Under the pieces are notes generated by a model. That model ran no database searches. It was not told the DNA's origin and was given only the letters and a program-made list of their open reading frames with translations. A stretch of 62,558 bases of DNA from Bacillota bacterium. GTDB taxonomy: Bacteria > Bacillota > Clostridia > TANB77 > CAG-508. The stretch covers positions 1-62,558 of the forward strand of contig CAWVFT010000020.1 of assembly GCA_963928635.1 (NCBI GenBank), given 5' to 3'. Shown here in pieces: positions 48,683 to 58,582 of this stretch. Each line of letters begins with the position of its first letter. Positions within the stretch are counted from its first letter, which is position 1. The position numbers and the translations under genes are program-made.

Positions 48683-48890
48683 GCAAAAAAGTTGAGGGTA
48701 TATATTTTTAAAGTTTCGACGCTTGAGTGTAATGAAAATTAGAATTCATTTGACTTTCGAATGAGGGATGTTCACGGTACTCGAGGTACGAGAGGGCCTG
48801 AGTGAAAGAGGCGCATGAGAAAGCCTTATGAATTCTTTTTGAATGAAATGAACAGGAGAACTTTAAAAATATATACCCTCAACTTTTTGC
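48683..48890. repeat. 208-bp MITE-like element: ~32-bp near-perfect inverted repeats around a G+C-rich core
   Basis: 'gcaaaaaagttgagggtatatatttttaaagtt' versus the reverse complement of 48859-48890 (one A indel). The core is about 143 bp and only weakly palindromic. Confidence 0.75.
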
Positions 48891-48985
48891 AATATATTCT
48901 ATAATAGAAAAGTTGATATTTTCCAGTAAATATAGTAAAATTATGAATAAGCGATAAAATTAAAGAACCTGAAAGGAGAATAAAA

Positions 48986-50218
48986 TTGAACTTAGAAAAT
49001 TTAGTAAAAGAAGTAGATGAAATCATCAAACCAGAAATAGAAAAAATAGATAAAATATGCACACAAAATAGTATTAAAGTAATAAAAGCATTTCAAGAAA
49101 GTGGCTTACAAGAGCAACATTTAAATACATCAACAGGATATGGTATAGATGAACCAGGCAGAGATAAGATAGAAGAGATATATTCAAAAATATTCAAATC
49201 AGAAGATAGTTTAGTAAGAGCTCAATTCATATCAGGCACACATGCATTAGCAATTACATTATCAGCACTATTAAGACATGGAGATACAATGATTAGCATA
49301 ACAGGAGCACCATATGATACACTACAAACAGTAATAGGAATAAATAAAGAAGAAAGTCAAAGTTCTTTAAAAGCATATGGAGTAAAATATGAGCAAATAG
49401 AACTAAAAAACAATGATTTTGATATAAATGCCATAAAAGATAGGTTATCAAAAGGAAACGTAAAATTAATAGAAATCCAAAGATCAAGAGGATATTCAAC
49501 TAGAAAAAGCATAACTATAGAAAAAATTGAAGATGTCATCAAAGAAATAAGAAAAGTTAATAAAGATATAATAATAATGGTAGATAACTGTTATGGAGAA
49601 TTTGTACAAGACAGAGAACCGATAGAAGTAGGAGCAGACATAGCAGTAGGATCATTAATGAAAAATCTAGGAGCAGGAATTGCAACAAGTGGAGCATATA
49701 TCGTAGGCAAAAAAGATTTAATTGAACTTTGTGCAGAAAGGTTAACTGCACCAGGAATAGGAAAAGAAATTGGGCCATCATTAAACCAAAACACATCCTT
49801 ATTAAAAGGTTTATTTTTTGCACCCCAAGTTGTGGCGAGTAGCGTAAAAACAGCAATATTTTCAAGTTGTATTTTAGAAAAATTAGGATATGAAGTAAAT
49901 CCAAAATATAATGAAGAAAGAGCAGATATAGTGCAAACAATATTACTAAAAACAGAAGAGAATCTAGTAAAATTCTGTCAAGGAATACAAAAAGGTTCAC
50001 CAATAGATTCAAATGTAATACCGATTCCAAGCGATATGGGAGGATATGAAGATAAAATTATAATGGCAGCAGGAACATTCACAGAAGGTTCAACAATAGA
50101 GTTAAGTTGTGATGGACCAATAAGAAGTCCATATATTGCATATATGCAAGGAGGACTAACATATGATTATGGAAGATATGGAGTTTTAAAGGCAATAAAA
50201 GAAATGAATATTATTTAG
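48986..50218 (+). CDS. ynbB: methionine gamma-lyase-family / aluminium-resistance protein (YnbB-like)
   Basis: 410 aa. TTG start after SD AAAGGAG. Overall resemblance to the Met_gamma_lyase (PF06838) family. Confidence 0.7.
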   Translation: MNLENLVKEVDEIIKPEIEKIDKICTQNSIKVIKAFQESGLQEQHLNTSTGYGIDEPGRDKIEEIYSKIFKSEDSLVRAQFISGTHALAITLSALLRHGDTMISITGAPYDTLQTVIGINKEESQSSLKAYGVKYEQIELKNNDFDINAIKDRLSKGNVKLIEIQRSRGYSTRKSITIEKIEDVIKEIRKVNKDIIIMVDNCYGEFVQDREPIEVGADIAVGSLMKNLGAGIATSGAYIVGKKDLIELCAERLTAPGIGKEIGPSLNQNTSLLKGLFFAPQVVASSVKTAIFSSCILEKLGYEVNPKYNEERADIVQTILLKTEENLVKFCQGIQKGSPIDSNVIPIPSDMGGYEDKIIMAAGTFTEGSTIELSCDGPIRSPYIAYMQGGLTYDYGRYGVLKAIKEMNII

Positions 50219-50288
50219 AGTAAAACATTCAATTAAACAACAAAATACTACAAAATATAATAAAAATAATTAGTAAAGGGTTAGATTT

Positions 50289-51551
50289 ATGGAAATAATA
50301 GTAATAGGAGGCGGACCAGCAGGAATGATGTCTGCCATAACTGCTAAAGAACAAGAGAATAATGTAACAATAATAGAAAAAAATAACATGTTAGGAAAAA
50401 AGCTATTAATAACAGGAAAAGGAAGATGTAATATTACATCTTCTTTAGATATGGATGAATTTATAAAAAACACTCCGGGAAATGGTATGTTTTTATATAG
50501 TGCTTTTAATAGATTTACAAATAAAGATATAATAAACTTTTTAAGAAAACAAGGGTTAAATGTAAAAGAAGAAAGAGGACATAGAATATTTCCAATAACA
50601 GATAAATCTATTGATGTATTAGAATGTTTTACGAAAAAAATAAAAGAGTTAGGAATTAATATAAAATATAACACAATAGCAGAAGAAATAATAACAAAAA
50701 ATGATAAAGGAGACAAAAAAATTATAGGAATAAAAACAAATAAAGGCATAATAAATTGCGAAAAAATAATTTTAGCAACAGGAGGAAAAAGCTATCCATT
50801 AACAGGCTCAACAGGTGATGGATATATATTAGCACAGAAATTAGGACATACAATTACAAATATAAAACCATCACTAGTACCAATGGAAATATATGAAAAA
50901 GAACTTTGCAAAGAACTACAAGGACTAAGTTTAAAAAACGTAAATCTAAAATTTATAGACAACGAAAAAAATAAAACAATATATGAAGAACAAGGAGAAA
51001 TGATATTCACACATTTTGGAATATCTGGACCAGTACCATTAAGTGCTTCAGCACACGTAGTTAGATATAAAAACATTGAAGGATTATTACAAAAAAGAAA
51101 AATAGAATTAATCATTGACTTAAAACCAGCCTTAAGTGAAGAAACACTAGATAAAAGAATTTTAAGAGACTTTTCAAAATATAAAAACAAAGAATTCAAA
51201 AATAGTTTAGGAGAATTACTCCCAAAGAAAATGATAAATGTAATAATACAAGAAAGTAAAATAAATGAGTATAAAAAAGTAAATGAAATATCAAAAGAAG
51301 AAAGAAGAAGACTAGTTAAACTACTAAAAAACTTCAAAATAACAATATCAAAATTCAGACCAATAGAAGAAGCAATAATAACATCAGGAGGAATAAATAT
51401 AAAAGAGGTAAATCCCAAAACAATGGAATCAAAAATAATTAAAGGACTATATTTTGCAGGAGAAATATTAGATGTAGATGCATATACGGGAGGATTCAAC
51501 CTGCAAATAGCATATGCGACAGGATATGTTGCTGGGATGGTTGAAAAATAA
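50289..51551 (+). CDS. NAD(P)/FAD-dependent oxidoreductase, HI0933/YhiN (BaiN-like) family
   Basis: 420 aa. 'VIGGGPAGMM' dinucleotide fold. C-terminal 'GLYFAGEILDVDAYTGGFNLQ'. Confidence 0.85.
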   Translation: MEIIVIGGGPAGMMSAITAKEQENNVTIIEKNNMLGKKLLITGKGRCNITSSLDMDEFIKNTPGNGMFLYSAFNRFTNKDIINFLRKQGLNVKEERGHRIFPITDKSIDVLECFTKKIKELGINIKYNTIAEEIITKNDKGDKKIIGIKTNKGIINCEKIILATGGKSYPLTGSTGDGYILAQKLGHTITNIKPSLVPMEIYEKELCKELQGLSLKNVNLKFIDNEKNKTIYEEQGEMIFTHFGISGPVPLSASAHVVRYKNIEGLLQKRKIELIIDLKPALSEETLDKRILRDFSKYKNKEFKNSLGELLPKKMINVIIQESKINEYKKVNEISKEERRRLVKLLKNFKITISKFRPIEEAIITSGGINIKEVNPKTMESKIIKGLYFAGEILDVDAYTGGFNLQIAYATGYVAGMVEK

Positions 51552-51650
51552 TTACAATTTTGGCGTTGTCAAACTTCTTTTGAAATTTAATCAACGTACA
51601 CACGTACGCCTCATAAATTTCAAACTTGTTTTCCTAGCCAAAATTTAATT
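51550..51650. repeat. ~100-bp imperfect palindrome abutting the stop codon of the upstream gene
   Basis: Arms 'aattacaattttggc' / 'gccaaaatttaatt' and 'ttgaaattta' / 'taaatttcaa'. Centre is cgtac-acac-gtacg. Confidence 0.6.
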
Positions 51651-51725
51651 CTTTTCCAACCCGGTTTCTTGAGAAAGGAATACGAGTAAAAAATGAAAAT
51701 ATATATGGAAAGATAAGAGAGAAAT

Positions 51726-52364
51726 ATGGAAAATTTTTTTAGTATTGATAAAAACATAGAAACAGAGATAACAGTAAAAAAATCAAAATTTATTGCAAAC
51801 ATAATAAAAGTAACGAATCAAGAAATGGCAAATGAAAAATTAAAGGAAATAAAGAAAAAATATCATGATGCCAGGCATAATTGTTTTGCATATAGAATTT
51901 ATGAAGAAGATAACTTAATAGAAAGATTTAGTGATGATGGAGAGCCTTCAGGAACAGCAGGTTCTCCTATGTTAAATATCCTACAAAAAAATAATATAGG
52001 AAATGTTTTAGTTGTAGTTACTAGATATTTTGGAGGAATATTGCTTGGAACAGGAGGACTTGTTAGAGCATATTCAGATGCGACAATAGATGCTATATCA
52101 AAAATTAATTTAATAGAAAATGTATTAGGAATAGAAGTTCAAGTTGAATTGGAATATGATAAGTTTGAAAGTTTTAGATATTATTGTAAAAAGAACGATA
52201 TAAATATTATAAAAACAGATTATAAAGAAAAAATTGTATGTTTAATTAATTTGGAAGAAAACAAAAAAGATAAATTAATGACTGATTATAGCACAAAAAA
52301 TATAAACATAAACAATATAAAAATTTTACGTAAGAAAATTATAGAAAAATGTATAATAAAATGA
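51726..52364 (+). CDS. yigZ: YigZ-family (IMPACT N-terminal, UPF0029) protein
   Basis: 212 aa. 'KSKFIA', 'ARHNCFAYR', 'DDGEPSGTAG', 'RYFGGILLGTGGL'. Confidence 0.85.
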   Translation: MENFFSIDKNIETEITVKKSKFIANIIKVTNQEMANEKLKEIKKKYHDARHNCFAYRIYEEDNLIERFSDDGEPSGTAGSPMLNILQKNNIGNVLVVVTRYFGGILLGTGGLVRAYSDATIDAISKINLIENVLGIEVQVELEYDKFESFRYYCKKNDINIIKTDYKEKIVCLINLEENKKDKLMTDYSTKNININNIKILRKKIIEKCIIK

Positions 52365-52385
52365 TAGTTTTGTAAAATAAATTGG

Positions 52386-52457
52386 AAAAAATTTACAATT
52401 TCATTGATTTCCTTTTTCGAAAACAGTATAATCAAAAATGTAAAAAATTTACAATTT
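52386..52457 (+). promoter_or_regulatory. candidate spo0A promoter bracketed by a perfect 16-bp direct repeat
   Basis: TTGATT (52404-52409), 17 nt containing the palindrome TTTTCGAAAA, TATAAT (52427-52432). 'aaaaaatttacaattt' occurs at 52386-52401 and 52442-52457. Confidence 0.5.
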
Positions 52458-52471
52458 TGAAGGAGGAAATT

Positions 52472-53290
52472 ATGAGAGAGAAAATTAATGTATTGATTGC
52501 AGATGACAATCAAGATTTTAGCCAAACATTAGCTACATATTTAGAAGGACAAGAAGACATAGATGTAATAGGAATGGCAAAAGATGGAACAGAGGCTGTG
52601 GACATGATAGCAAACACAACACCTGATGTTGTATTACTAGATGTGATAATGCCACATTTAGACGGAATAGGGGTACTAGAAAAAATAAATACGTTAAAAA
52701 TAGTAAAAAAACCAGTATGTATAATGCTTTCTGCAGTAGGACAAGATAAAATAACACAAAAAGCAATATCATTAGGAGCGGAATATTATGTAGTAAAACC
52801 ATTTGATATTGAATTATTAATTAAAAGAATACGTGAACTTAAGAATTATATACCAACACAAAAAGCAAATAATTTTATAACAAGAGAAGCAAAAACAAAA
52901 TATGTTGAATTGCCAGAAAATGCAGAAAAGAGTAGAGAAAATTTAGAGGCATTAGTAACAAATATAATACATGAAGTAGGAGTACCAGCACATATTAAAG
53001 GGTATCAGTATTTAAGAGAAGCTATAATAATGGTTATAAATGATATAGATGTTATAAATCAGATTACAAAAAGTTTATATCCTCAAATAGCATCGAAATT
53101 CAATACAACACCATCAAGAGTAGAAAGAGCAATTCGACATGCAATAGAAGTTGCATGGGGCAGAGGACAACAAGAAGCAGTTGAAAATATATTTGGATAT
53201 ACAATTTCAGCTAGTAAAGGAAAACCAACTAACTCTGAATTTATAGCGATGATAGCTGACAAATTACGCCTTGAATTAAAGAGTGCATAA
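52472..53290 (+). CDS. spo0A: sporulation master regulator Spo0A
   Basis: Start '[13 protein letters not shown]' after SD GAAGGAGG. Receiver '[11 protein letters not shown]'. C-terminal Spo0A DNA-binding domain '[12 protein letters not shown]', '[15 protein letters not shown]', '[12 protein letters not shown]'. Confidence 0.95.
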   Translation: MREKINVLIADDNQDFSQTLATYLEGQEDIDVIGMAKDGTEAVDMIANTTPDVVLLDVIMPHLDGIGVLEKINTLKIVKKPVCIMLSAVGQDKITQKAISLGAEYYVVKPFDIELLIKRIRELKNYIPTQKANNFITREAKTKYVELPENAEKSRENLEALVTNIIHEVGVPAHIKGYQYLREAIIMVINDIDVINQITKSLYPQIASKFNTTPSRVERAIRHAIEVAWGRGQQEAVENIFGYTISASKGKPTNSEFIAMIADKLRLELKSA

Positions 53291-53306
53291 GAAAGAGGAA
53301 GTTCTA

Positions 53307-53561
53307 ATGAAAATATCTTTTATAAAATATAAAAAAGATGAAAATACTTTCAAACTTGCTAAAGGATTTGGATTTGACGTATTTGAAATAGATAATCCAG
53401 AAAACATAGATAAAGAAATAGAATATTTAAAAGAAAAGAAATACACAACAATTGTAATATCAAATGAACTAGCTAGTTTTTCGGACAACTTACTAGTTAA
53501 ATATAAAAATGATAGTAATTTAAATTTAATAATAGCTCCAGAAAGAAGAAAAAAATACTAA
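53307..53561 (+). CDS. small protein resembling V-type ATPase subunit F (ATP-synt_F fold), stand-alone
   Basis: 84 aa from 'MKISFIKYK'. Pattern 'FKLAKGFGFDVFEIDNPE...TTIVISNELA...LNLIIAP' parallels NtpG/AtpF. No other V-ATPase genes nearby. Confidence 0.4.
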   Translation: MKISFIKYKKDENTFKLAKGFGFDVFEIDNPENIDKEIEYLKEKKYTTIVISNELASFSDNLLVKYKNDSNLNLIIAPERRKKY

Positions 53562-53629
53562 AAATGTATAACCTAGAAAAATATGGAAAAAATATAAATA
53601 TATATTTCTACATATTCAAGGAGGTTATA

Positions 53630-53980
53630 ATGGAAGAAAACAAATTGAAAAACATGGTAGTATTAAAGAATCTACCATCAAATATAATTGAAGAAGCAAT
53701 AGTAATATTTAAACATAATAACAAAGTAAGGAAAATAGAAAAAATTGAAAATATCCAAAATTTAAACAATAAAGGAGAAAGGAAAAATATAAAAAAATCT
53801 AGCTATGCTGTTAAAGAAGCAGAAGCTGTGATAAATCAATATATATCTGAAATTGAAAATACTAAACAAAAAGGTAAGAACAATAATGAATTAGAAATAA
53901 AGAACAAAACATTAAAAAAGTTTTCTATTTGTATCACAATAATAGCCATAATAGAATTAATATTAATAATTTTTTCATAA
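53630..53980 (+). CDS. tail-anchored membrane protein, unknown function
   Basis: SD AAGGAGG before the ATG at 53630. 'MVVLKNLPSNIIEEAIVIF'. C-terminal TM 'ICITIIAIIELILIIF'. Confidence 0.5.
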   Translation: MEENKLKNMVVLKNLPSNIIEEAIVIFKHNNKVRKIEKIENIQNLNNKGERKNIKKSSYAVKEAEAVINQYISEIENTKQKGKNNNELEIKNKTLKKFSICITIIAIIELILIIFS

Positions 53981-54042
53981 GTAATAAAAATACAACACAC
54001 CTCATATAGTTTATAAAGAACTAAGGAAGAGGTGTTTTTTTT

Positions 54043-54972
54043 ATGGAAAGGACTCTATCAATAGAAGAAAAAATTAGACGAGCAGAGGAAATCTATGCCA
54101 AAAGGCATGAAGAAAATTTTAGACCTACTGCAAAAGTAACAGTAGGAAAAGATAATAAAAAAGATATCAAACTGTTAAAAAAGTTAATCATTCAAATTAT
54201 TATCTGTGTATCTATATATTTAGTTATTTATACCATTCAAAATAGTAAATTTATATTTTCGGAAGATTTTATAAAAAGAGCGAATGAGATTTTATCATAT
54301 GATACTAATTTTCAAGAATTATATAATAAATCTAAAGAATTTATTATGTCATTTTTTAGTAATATAAATAGTGAAAATAGCGAAAATAACGCAGAAAGTG
54401 AAAATGTAAATTCAACAGAAGAAAATAATGTAGAACCTAACCAGACAAGTGAAAATGCAGTAGAAAATATACAAACACAAGCAATAGGAGGAGCAGTAGA
54501 AAATATTGCAGAAACAAACAGCACAGAAAACACACAAACAGAACTAAGTCAAGAAGAACAAGATATAAACAATATTAAAAATACAACAAGTTTTATAAAA
54601 CCAATAGAAGGAATTATAAGTTCAAGGTATGGACATAGAGAGCCAACAACAACTACTGTACCAAAAGAACATACAGGTACTGATATTGCGGCGAATACTG
54701 GGACAAAAATCAAATCTGCAACAAATGGTGAAGTAGTTCTTGCATCAGAAGAAGGAGATTATGGAAAACATTTAAAAATACAAATTGGAGATGTGAGTAT
54801 AATATATGCACACTGTAATAATTTATATGTAAAACAAGGAGATAAAGTGACACAAGGACAAGAAATAGCAGAAGTTGGTTCTACTGGTAATTCGACTGGT
54901 CCACACTTACATTTTGAAGTCAGATATCAAGAAAGAACCATAGATCCAGAAAAATTATTAGCATTAGAATAA
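54043..54972 (+). CDS. membrane-anchored M23 (LytM) metallopeptidase in the SpoIVFA position
   Basis: 309 aa. TM 'LIIQIIICVSIYLVIY'. Intact catalytic motifs 'HTGTD' and 'GPHLHFE'. Lies directly upstream of the SpoIVFB-like gene. Confidence 0.7.
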   Translation: MERTLSIEEKIRRAEEIYAKRHEENFRPTAKVTVGKDNKKDIKLLKKLIIQIIICVSIYLVIYTIQNSKFIFSEDFIKRANEILSYDTNFQELYNKSKEFIMSFFSNINSENSENNAESENVNSTEENNVEPNQTSENAVENIQTQAIGGAVENIAETNSTENTQTELSQEEQDINNIKNTTSFIKPIEGIISSRYGHREPTTTTVPKEHTGTDIAANTGTKIKSATNGEVVLASEEGDYGKHLKIQIGDVSIIYAHCNNLYVKQGDKVTQGQEIAEVGSTGNSTGPHLHFEVRYQERTIDPEKLLALE

Positions 54973-55028
54973 AATTATACACAAATATTATAAGGCAGAT
55001 ATATAAAATTAACTTTAATGGAGGAGTT

Positions 55029-55682
55029 ATGAAATTCAGAATAGATTTAAAAATATTTTTATTTTTAGTTATATTTTATTTTACAAAACAAATAGAGATA
55101 TATATAATAATGATAATTTTTGCAATAATTCATGAATTAGGTCATTTAATTTGTGGCTTAGTTATAGGATTAAAACCCAATAAAATAGAATTAATGCCAA
55201 CAGGACTTGCGATTACATTTAAGACCAATGTAGATGATTATAACAAAAAAATATACAAAGGTACCGAATTTAACTTTAAAAAATTAATAGTGGCATTTGC
55301 AGGACCTTTCACAAATCTAGTAATGGTATTGATATTTAGTTTTATTAATATAGAATACAATTTAAAATTAATGGTTATCTATTCTAATTGGTTAATATTT
55401 TTCTTCAACTTGCTACCAATATATCCACTAGATGGAGGAAGAATAATACAAGAAATTTTACATATAAAAATAGGCTTAAATAAATCAAGAGATATTATTA
55501 GTGATGTATCTATAATAGTCATGATAATTCTTACTTCCGTAGGGAGTATAGGGACTTTGTATTATAAAAATATTGCTATATTTTTTATAATAATGTATCT
55601 TTGGATTTTAGTTATTAATGAATATAGAAAATTTATAAAAAGAAAACAGCTATTGAAAACAATAAATAATTATTCTGAATAA
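55029..55682 (+). CDS. spoIVFB: site-2 (M50) intramembrane metalloprotease, SpoIVFB-like, no CBS domain
   Basis: 217 aa. 'HELGH' and 'NLLPIYPLDGGR' motifs. Polytopic. Confidence 0.75.
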   Translation: MKFRIDLKIFLFLVIFYFTKQIEIYIIMIIFAIIHELGHLICGLVIGLKPNKIELMPTGLAITFKTNVDDYNKKIYKGTEFNFKKLIVAFAGPFTNLVMVLIFSFINIEYNLKLMVIYSNWLIFFFNLLPIYPLDGGRIIQEILHIKIGLNKSRDIISDVSIIVMIILTSVGSIGTLYYKNIAIFFIIMYLWILVINEYRKFIKRKQLLKTINNYSE

Positions 55683-55782
55683 TAACAAATAGTCATTAAT
55701 AATAAAAAATACAAAAAACTATTGACTAAGAAAGTAGTTAATTATAAAATATGGATATAAAAATACAAAGGAGGGTAATTAA

Positions 55783-56295
55783 GTGGAAAAGGAAAAAAGC
55801 AAAACAAAATCAAAAAAAACAAACAGTGAAAAAAACACCAAATTAAATAGAAATAAACTATTATTTATATTAGTAGTAATTATAGTAATAATTATAATAG
55901 CAGTTGTGTTAGTTAAAAATAATGATTCAAAAGAAAATACAGACCAAAACGAAATTTCAGGAGAGACACAATTCTATAGAGAAGAAGAAGGAACAAAAAT
56001 TAATACTAGTAATAAATTAGCAGAAACAAAAGAAATAGAGGGACTAGAAATAACAAATGCAAATCTAAGTGAGTATGAAAACAACTCAACCTTTATAGCT
56101 ACTTTAACAAATAAAACTAATACAGCTAGTGGAGAATACTATTTAGACTTAAAATTTGTAGATAAAGACAACAATGAAATTGCAACAATTTCTTGCTATG
56201 TAGATAAAGTAGAACCAGGACAAAGCATAGAACTAAATGCAGCAGCAACAGCGAGTTTAGCAGACGCATATGATTATATAGTTACAAGACAATAA
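55783..56295 (+). CDS. membrane-anchored protein, possible FxLYD-like beta-sandwich ectodomain
   Basis: GTG start after SD AAGGAGGG. Basic N-terminus plus TM 'LLFILVVIIVIIIIAVVLV'. Weak resemblance only. Confidence 0.4.
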   Translation: MEKEKSKTKSKKTNSEKNTKLNRNKLLFILVVIIVIIIIAVVLVKNNDSKENTDQNEISGETQFYREEEGTKINTSNKLAETKEIEGLEITNANLSEYENNSTFIATLTNKTNTASGEYYLDLKFVDKDNNEIATISCYVDKVEPGQSIELNAAATASLADAYDYIVTRQ

Positions 56296-56314
56296 TCTAT
56301 AAAGAATTAACCTA

Positions 56315-56364
56315 AAAAACTGTAATAAATAGACTTAATTAATATATCTATTTATTACAGTTTT
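56315..56364 (+). terminator. rho-independent terminator
   Basis: 18-bp stem aaaactgtaataaataga / tctatttattacagtttt followed by a T-rich tract. Confidence 0.7.
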
Positions 56365-56448
56365 ATTGCGTTTTTTGGAAATTGCTTACGCATGCTATAT
56401 ATTTAAAAAATACTCAAAAAACAAAGCCAAACTTTATATTAAAAACTA

Positions 56449-56477
56449 TTGAAAAATGGCAAGTGTTAATATATAAT
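56449..56477 (+). promoter_or_regulatory. sigma-A-type promoter upstream of the Flg_new surface-protein gene
   Basis: AAAACTATTGAAA, 17 nt, TATAAT. Implies a ~130-nt leader. Confidence 0.5.
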
Positions 56478-56609
56478 ATTTTTAATATTAATATATATAT
56501 TATACAACAAAGCTTAGAAGAATAAATCAAGTTTGCTGTTTTTTTGTCGTAAAGAAATAATCAAGTTTTACATATCAACAAAACATATAACGTGAAAGGG
56601 AGATAGAAT

Positions 56610-58472
56610 ATGAGTAAAAAAAGATTTCCAGGAAAATTTAAAAACCAAAAAGGTTCAGTAACATTATTTGTACTAATTTCAATGATATTCTTTTTAATAG
56701 TTTTAGTATCTATTTATTTATCTAATGTAAATAGAGAACAAGCACAAGTAAGTGAGATAAAAGCTATTCAAGATGAATATAATGTAAGTACAGACGAGAT
56801 GAAAGAAGAATATGAGAATATATCAAACATAGATGAAGCTTTTAAAATAACATATAAACTAAATGGAGGAACTGTATCTGGAAATCCCTCTAGCTATAAA
56901 GAAGATGATGAAGACATTATATTAAACAACCCAACAAAAAAAGGTTACACATTTACAGGTTGGACAGGAACAGACTTAACATCTGCATCAATGAATGTAG
57001 TAATACCAAGTGGAAGTACGGGAAATAGAACATATGAAGCTAATTGGAAAGCAAATACATATACAATAGCATTTAATGGAAACGGAGCAACAAGTGGAAG
57101 TATAACTAATTTACCAATGGCATATGACCAAGCTAAAAATCTACCTACAAATACATTTAAAAAAGAAGGATATGAATTTAAAGGATGGACAACAAATGAA
57201 ACATCAAGTGATGTAATGTATAAAGATGGAGCAGAAGTAAAAAACTTAACAGACAGAAATGGAGAATTAGTAACATTATATGCAGTATGGGGAATATCAA
57301 AATATGAATTAACAATAGATCCAAATGGTGGAGAATACGCGGATTCAACCGAACCAATAACAATAGAGGGCGACTATGGTTCAACAATAGACATAGAAGA
57401 AATTATAACACCAGAAGGAAGCACTGCTACATTTGACAGTAATGGTGGAAGCACACCAGAATCTCTAACATCAGAAAAAGAATTTACAGGCTGGGAAGTT
57501 CAAGGAGAAGGAAGCTTAGAAGGAACAGAATATACATTTGGAGCAGGAAATGGAACAATAATTGCACAATATGAGGATAAAGGAATAACATTACCAACAG
57601 CTAACAAAGATGGATATACAATTGAAGGATGGTACAATGAAGAAAACGAAAAAGTAGGAGAAGCAGGATAAAACTATGTACCACAAGAAGATGAAACATT
57701 ACACTCTGAATGGACAGCTAATAAGTATACAGTAGTACTAGATGGAAATGGAGCAACATCAGGAAACACAGTAGAAATAGATATGACATATGATAAAGAA
57801 CAAACATTACCAGAAAATGCTTTTGAAAGAGAAGGATATGAATTCATAGGATGGAGTAGCAAGAAAGATGGTACTTCTCCAGAATACGATAATAAAGATA
57901 CAATAAATAATTTAACAACAGAGAATAATGGAATAGTAACAATATATGCACTATGGAAAAAAACGATTATAATAACATATAATGCAAATGGAGGAACATC
58001 AGCCCCAGTAAATCAAGAAGGGGTGATGTATAATTCTCAAACCTCTGCAACCATTAAACTAACAGAAGATATTCCATTAAAAGAAGGAAATTCTTTCTTA
58101 GGATGGACAGATGAGCAAAATTCATCAAATGTAAAATATCAACCTGGAGGAGCCTATGAATTTAGCGGAGATACAACACTATATGCTATATGGGGTACAA
58201 TAAAATATACTTTAACAATAAATCCAAATGGTGGAACATATAATGGGGAAACAGAGAATACAACAGTAACACAAGATTATAACACTACATACACTGTATC
58301 AGATCCAACACCACCACCAGGATATAAAGTAACATTTGATGGAAATGGTGGAACACCAGCATCATCAAGCTTAACATCAAAGAAAACCTTTGATAAATGG
58401 ACATTATCAGGGGAAGGAATTTTAAGTGGTACAAAATATACATTTTGCGCAGAAAATGTATATTTTGACTAA
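56610..58472 (+). pseudogene. pilin-like N-terminus plus Listeria-Bacteroides repeat (Flg_new) surface protein, with one in-frame TAA (57669-57671) and a truncated 3' end
   Basis: ORFs 56610..57671 and 57783..58472 share a frame, with 37 sense codons between them. About six 'GNGAT..GY.F.GW' repeats. The TAA falls inside a repeat ('GWYNEENEKVGEAG*NYVPQEDETLHSEWTAN'). Confidence 0.7.
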
Positions 58473-58582
58473 TGTTATAAAATTCATATTTTCAAACAAT
58501 TAGTAAGATATTTTAAAATTGAATAATATTTAAATTTTTGTATATAATTATAAAAAAATAAAAGAAGTTTCCTAATTTATAC

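Noticed and set aside
48716-48858. The G+C-rich core of the 48683-48890 element as an S-box, T-box or other leader for ynbB.
   Set aside because: No S-box or T-box conserved sequence elements were seen. The core is flanked by ~32-bp terminal inverted repeats, which fits a mobile repeat better. A covariance-model scan is still needed.
16768-56454. The recurrent 'AAAACTATTGA(C/A)' upstream of several genes (16768, 27690, 55717, 56444) as a novel regulatory motif.
   Set aside because: It is most simply an A-rich upstream extension of strong sigma-A -35 boxes in an AT-rich genome. Each copy is followed by a -10 hexamer at correct spacing, so I report them only as promoters.
7995-57671. Reassignment of TAA (alternative genetic code) as an explanation for the two in-frame TAA codons.
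   Set aside because: The majority of well-conserved CDSs in the window (topB, dapF, dapL, ispG, ispH, spo0A and others) terminate at TAA at the expected C-terminus. TAA is therefore a functional stop here.
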